A program made the translations under genes and the position numbers. A stretch of 64,000 bases of DNA from Candidatus Sulfotelmatobacter sp. (GTDB lineage Bacteria > Verrucomicrobiota > Verrucomicrobiia > Limisphaerales > UBA11358), in NCBI GenBank assembly GCA_035503455.1, contig DATJTK010000080.1:73271-137270 (forward strand), written 5' to 3'. Each line of letters starts with the position of its first letter. Position 1 is the first letter of the stretch. Below are positions 60,151-64,000 of the stretch, piece after piece. A model generated the notes under the pieces. The model worked only from the letters and a program-made list of their open reading frames with translations, was not told where the DNA came from and made no database searches.

Positions 60151-62980
60151 CCATCAACGGCACTGTCAACTGCACCAGCGTCCCGCCGTGTGCGCCGGCT
60201 GAAACTGAAAAATCGCCGCCAATATCTTCCATGCGTTTTTTCATGTTGCGCAATCCATTTCGATTTGTGACGGCCTGTGTGCTCAGGCCGCGGCCGTTGT
60301 CCTCAACCTGAAGCAGAAATTGTTTTGGGCGAAGGGCCAGGCGCACCCAAACTTCGTGGGCGTGCGCATGCTTGACGACATTATGAACGGCTTCCTTGAA
60401 TGCCAGGAAGACATTGTGGCGGACTTCCGGCGGAATGGCGGCAGAGGGCAATTGTGCCGGGACATCCACACGGCACGGAAGATTCGCCAGCGCCAGATAT
60501 TCCTGCGCGTATTTGCACACGTAATTTGCCAGACCCTCCAGCGTGTCGTTGGATGGATTGACGGCCCACACAATTTCATCCAGCGAGCGGGTTGTCTCGC
60601 GGGCCGTTTGGGAAATTTGCCGCGTGTGCGCCTCGACTTCGTCGGGCAGGTGTTTGTCGGCCTCGGCCATCTCGCCCAGGAGTGCCACTTGTGTCAGGTT
60701 TGCGCCCAATTGATCGTGCAGGTCGCGGGCGATGCGCGCGCGTTCGTGTTCGAGCGCTTCCCGCTGTTTCATCAATTGGACCTGGCGATGGAGCTTTTGT
60801 GTGGAAAGATAACGGACAACTCCTACAATCGCGCCCAGAACAATCAGGATTGTTGTGACGCGGAAAGTGTCGGTCTGCCAGAATTGCGGGAGCACCGTCA
60901 CGTCCAGGAAGGCGCCGGTCCCATTCCAGTTTCCGTCTTCGTTGCAGGCAACGACATTAAACTTGTAATGGCCCGGAGGCAAAGCGGGGTAGTGAGCCAC
61001 CCGCAAATCCCCGGCCTCGGTCCATTCCGTTTCATGTCCCTCCAGCCGATATCGAAAGCGCACCGCCTGCGGGTCCGAAAAATTCAGGGCAGTATAGTCA
61101 ATGTCGAGCTGCTCGTTGCCCGGCGGAATGGTGACGGACGAACTCCACGCGGAATTTAATGGATTTGTATTTTGTTCCTGTCCGTCTACTTGAGCAAATT
61201 CAATGAGGACCTGTGGGGGACGAAGGTCCGGTTTGATATTTGCGGGATCCGTCCAAACCAGGCCATCAATGGTGGGAAACCACAATTTGCCGTCGCTGGA
61301 GCGCATGGCGCATGGCTGGGAGCCGCTGGAACATTCGCGCGTGGGCAGGCCATCGGCGCGGCCATAAACGTGGCAAAAAAGCGGCCCCGGCTCGTCGAAT
61401 GATTTCAGCGCGATCCGCATCAGGCCGCGGTTCGAGCCAATCCATAAATAGCCGTCGTCATCGCCAATAATATAGCCGATGCTATTGCTGGCCAGGCCGT
61501 CGCCCATGGAAAAGCATTTCCATTTTCCATTTTCCAGCCGCGCCAGGCCGTGCGCCGAGGTACCCACCCACAGGGTGCCCTCACGGTCAACGTAAAGGCA
61601 GGAAATATCATCGCCGGGCAGGCCGTTTGTGATCCCATAAAAAGTAAATTTTTTGCCGTCGAATGAATTCAATCCCGAATCCTGGGTTCCAATCCATAAA
61701 TTGCCCGCCGAGTCTTCGGTGATGGCGGAGACTGCGTTTCCCGAGAGGCCGTCCGCGGTGGTGAATAGTTTCCAGTTTTGCCCGTCCCTGCGTCCCAGGC
61801 CGTTCTGGCTTCCTGCCCAGAGCGTCCCGTCGCGGCTTTCAAAAAGCGCCAGAATATTCGCACCGAGAATGTCCGCTCCCGGCGCGTGAACAAATTCGCG
61901 TGATTGAAATAGAAAGAGACCCTCAGTGCTGGTTCCGGCCCAGACGTTTTGCCGGGCATCCACCAGCACGGCTGAGGCGCTCGAAATGTGTCCCAGGCGA
62001 AAATCATGGATGCCATTTGAATTCCAATACGACACACCCGCTGCATTATAAGCCGTCCACAATCCGCCCGCGGCATCCTGGGCGATAGACCGCACATTCC
62101 GCGGATGCAGCCCGGGAATGTTGTTGAATATTTTTCGTTTTATCCGGTCTATGCCGCCGCTGTCGGTTCCGGCCCATAGGCCGCCTTCGCTGTCCAGGCA
62201 AAGCGAAAGAATGCTATCCGACGAGAGCCCGTCGGCTGTGGTAATGCGCCGGTAGTGCCCATCGGCGTCGAACCAAAAAATGCCTTCACCCAGCGTCCCA
62301 ACAATCAGATTTCCATTCTCGTCCTCGCAGCCGGCGTTGATAAAAGCATTTCCCCACGGCCATGGGCCGAAGTCTTTTTCAAGCCGGTTACCGGCGACTT
62401 TTTGGACCCTGCCCCTGAACAGTTGCCATTCACCGCCATCGCGCACAGGCAGCGTCAGATGCTGCTCGCGGAAGTATAACTGCAACGAACGGACCCCCGG
62501 ATAATAGGTCATGCGCCCGTCGTGATATTGCGCGAATCCGAACTCGGCATAGAACGAGATGTCGTTTCCGGACTCGCTCGCAGCCGTCACCTTTCCGGCG
62601 CCGGCGGTTTCCTTTTCGAAACTCGTAATTTTCCCGTTTTGAATGACCGCCAGGCCGTCAGACTGGGTCCCTATCCAAAGGTTTGTCTGCTGGTCTTCGT
62701 ACAGGAAAACGATCCGATCACTCTTAAGGCCCGGCGTATTCATCTCGTCGAACAACGTGAACTTATTGCCGTCGAAGCGCACGAGGCCGTGAAGCGTCCC
62801 GATCCAAAGATATCCGCTCCTGGATTGCAGGAGGGAAACTCCCTCGTTGTCCGGCAAACCATTCTCCGCAGTCCAGGAATCCACGATAAAGGGCGAATCC
62901 GGCGCCGCGGCAAACAAGCGCGCGGCCGCGAACCACGCGCAGCAGAGCAGCAGCAATGAAGATGTCCGAAAAAGCGGCAT
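60128..62980 (-). CDS. Sensor histidine kinase with periplasmic two-component-regulator beta-propeller repeats and Y_Y_Y domain (HisKA_3/HATPase_c)
   Basis: The likely start is ATG 62980 (MPLFRTSSLLLLCCAWFAAARLFA). There are many GL..N.V..I..D..G.LWIGT..GL propeller repeats. It also has FRYRLEGHETEWTE, a TM helix, ARDLHDQLGANLT (H-box) and VEDNGRGL. Confidence 0.9.
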   Translation of the reverse strand: MPLFRTSSLLLLCCAWFAAARLFAAAPDSPFIVDSWTAENGLPDNEGVSLLQSRSGYLWIGTLHGLVRFDGNKFTLFDEMNTPGLKSDRIVFLYEDQQTNLWIGTQSDGLAVIQNGKITSFEKETAGAGKVTAASESGNDISFYAEFGFAQYHDGRMTYYPGVRSLQLYFREQHLTLPVRDGGEWQLFRGRVQKVAGNRLEKDFGPWPWGNAFINAGCEDENGNLIVGTLGEGIFWFDADGHYRRITTADGLSSDSILSLCLDSEGGLWAGTDSGGIDRIKRKIFNNIPGLHPRNVRSIAQDAAGGLWTAYNAAGVSYWNSNGIHDFRLGHISSASAVLVDARQNVWAGTSTEGLFLFQSREFVHAPGADILGANILALFESRDGTLWAGSQNGLGRRDGQNWKLFTTADGLSGNAVSAITEDSAGNLWIGTQDSGLNSFDGKKFTFYGITNGLPGDDISCLYVDREGTLWVGTSAHGLARLENGKWKCFSMGDGLASNSIGYIIGDDDGYLWIGSNRGLMRIALKSFDEPGPLFCHVYGRADGLPTRECSSGSQPCAMRSSDGKLWFPTIDGLVWTDPANIKPDLRPPQVLIEFAQVDGQEQNTNPLNSAWSSSVTIPPGNEQLDIDYTALNFSDPQAVRFRYRLEGHETEWTEAGDLRVAHYPALPPGHYKFNVVACNEDGNWNGTGAFLDVTVLPQFWQTDTFRVTTILIVLGAIVGVVRYLSTQKLHRQVQLMKQREALEHERARIARDLHDQLGANLTQVALLGEMAEADKHLPDEVEAHTRQISQTARETTRSLDEIVWAVNPSNDTLEGLANYVCKYAQEYLALANLPCRVDVPAQLPSAAIPPEVRHNVFLAFKEAVHNVVKHAHAHEVWVRLALRPKQFLLQVEDNGRGLSTQAVTNRNGLRNMKKRMEDIGGDFSVSAGAHGGTLVQLTVPLMGVETLKG

Positions 62981-63275
62981 TGGACATTTTTCAATCGCTT
63001 TAGCGTGAAAGTAAATGAAAAACCATCCGGCGTTTACAATTTGCGATAGATTCACGCCTCATAAGCACCCGGAAAACATCTCTGCCAATTTTAATCTTAT
63101 TTTAATCTTAATTTTACAAAACAAATCTTGAAAGCTGGTGTCCAAACATCTTATACAATAGGCAGATGGAGCGGATGGACGCGGATGATTACAGGAACAC
63201 CGCACAGACCTGTCGGGTACGCCCAACTTCTCCAGTTTGCAAACACTTCTTAATTTGTTAGAATAGGATGATATT

Positions 63276-64000
63276 ATGAGTCTGGCTCCGTTCAGCAACC
63301 TCGCCTACATGGAGTTGCTTTATAGTCGTTATCGGCGTGATCCGCAATCGGTTCCCGCGGAGTGGCGTCGTTATTTTGCGGAAACCGTTGATGAAAAGAA
63401 AAATGGGCATGGGGAAGCCACGCCATCATTCGCGCCGCGAAGCATCTTTAATCCCGCAACCCTTGCGGCTCCCACGGAGTACCATCCGGACACTCGCGCC
63501 GTTGGCGTGCAGGAACGCCTGTACGAGATGATCCGCAATCATCGCGTGCGCGGGCACATGATCGCTGAGGTCGATCCGCTGGGGTCGCCTCGCCCGGTGC
63601 TCCCGGAACTGGAACTGGATTTTTACGGCTTTAACGAAAGCGAATTGGATTTACCCGTCAATTCCGCCACGCTGCCTTATAACACGCCTCTGCCTGTGCG
63701 GGAAATTTTCGAACGCCTGCGCAACACGTATTGCCGGTCCATCGGCGCCCAATTCATGCACATTGGCGATGCCGCCATCAGGCAATGGCTTCAACATCGC
63801 ATGGAGATCACTCAAAACCACATTGATCTGTCGCGCGATGAACAAATCCGCATCCTGACGCGGCTTACCGACGCCGTTATCTTTGAAGAATTCCTCCGCA
63901 AAAAATTCCTCGGCGCAAAGACCTTTTCACTCGAAGGTTGTGAAACGCTGGTGCCATTGCTGGATTTGGCGGTTGAAAAAGCCGGGAGCCAGGACGTGCG
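63276..64000 (+). CDS. sucA: 2-oxoglutarate dehydrogenase E1 component, N-terminal part (continues beyond window end)
   Basis: Not in the ORF track because no stop lies in the window. My translation from ATG 63276: MSLAPFSNLAYMELLYSRYRRDPQSVPAEWRRYFAE...HRVRGHMIAEVDPLG...LRNTYCRSIGAQFMHI...FLRKKFLGAKTFSLEGCETLVPLLD. These are canonical SucA N-terminal blocks. Confidence 0.9.
   Translation, partial: MSLAPFSNLAYMELLYSRYRRDPQSVPAEWRRYFAETVDEKKNGHGEATPSFAPRSIFNPATLAAPTEYHPDTRAVGVQERLYEMIRNHRVRGHMIAEVDPLGSPRPVLPELELDFYGFNESELDLPVNSATLPYNTPLPVREIFERLRNTYCRSIGAQFMHIGDAAIRQWLQHRMEITQNHIDLSRDEQIRILTRLTDAVIFEEFLRKKFLGAKTFSLEGCETLVPLLDLAVEKAGSQDV

Overview
This is a gene-dense 64-kb chromosomal segment with moderately high GC by eye. 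Several features point to a Verrucomicrobiota-type genome (inference only): a PEP-CTERM surface protein, an H-X9-DG prepilin-like protein, a KdoO-like dioxygenase, the hopanoid radical-SAM genes hpnH/hpnJ, many lipoprotein and TPR genes, and frequent GTG/TTG starts. I can support about 55 CDS. Envelope-lipid genes: hpnH, a GT9 glycosyltransferase, a KdoO-like gene, hpnJ, lpxA and an HpnN-like MMPL transporter. Core metabolism: ugd, mutT, kduI-kduD, rimO, hemN, leuA and the 5' part of sucA. Transport: a livKHMGF-type branched-chain amino-acid ABC operon. Regulators: two NarL/LuxR response regulators (one paired with a beta-propeller/Y_Y_Y histidine kinase), an NtrC-type sigma-54 activator, a CheY-like receiver, YebC and a NusG/RfaH-like antiterminator. 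There is also a block of secreted and surface proteins. I recognised no rRNA, tRNA, CRISPR array, transposase or integrase. Most notable findings: (1) an AT-richer two-gene cassette at 14801-16230 (minimal ABC-type ATPase plus a 154-aa Toprim-like protein, resembling PARIS/OLD/AbiL) wedged between envelope-lipid genes; (2) a Leu-rich leader peptide with terminator and anti-terminator upstream of leuA; (3) a 245/246-bp tandem duplication of the rimO 3' end; (4) a Ser/Thr kinase gene lacking its whole N-lobe; (5) three paralogous lipoproteins, each with two retropepsin-like DTG lobes; (6) at least six families of short dispersed hairpin or heptamer repeats in the intergenic space, two of which show compensatory base changes in their stems and some of which supply stop codons of adjacent genes. 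All calls come from reading the sequence and ORF track and from recalled family motifs. No searches were run. Start codons are often uncertain because the ORF track uses alternative starts.
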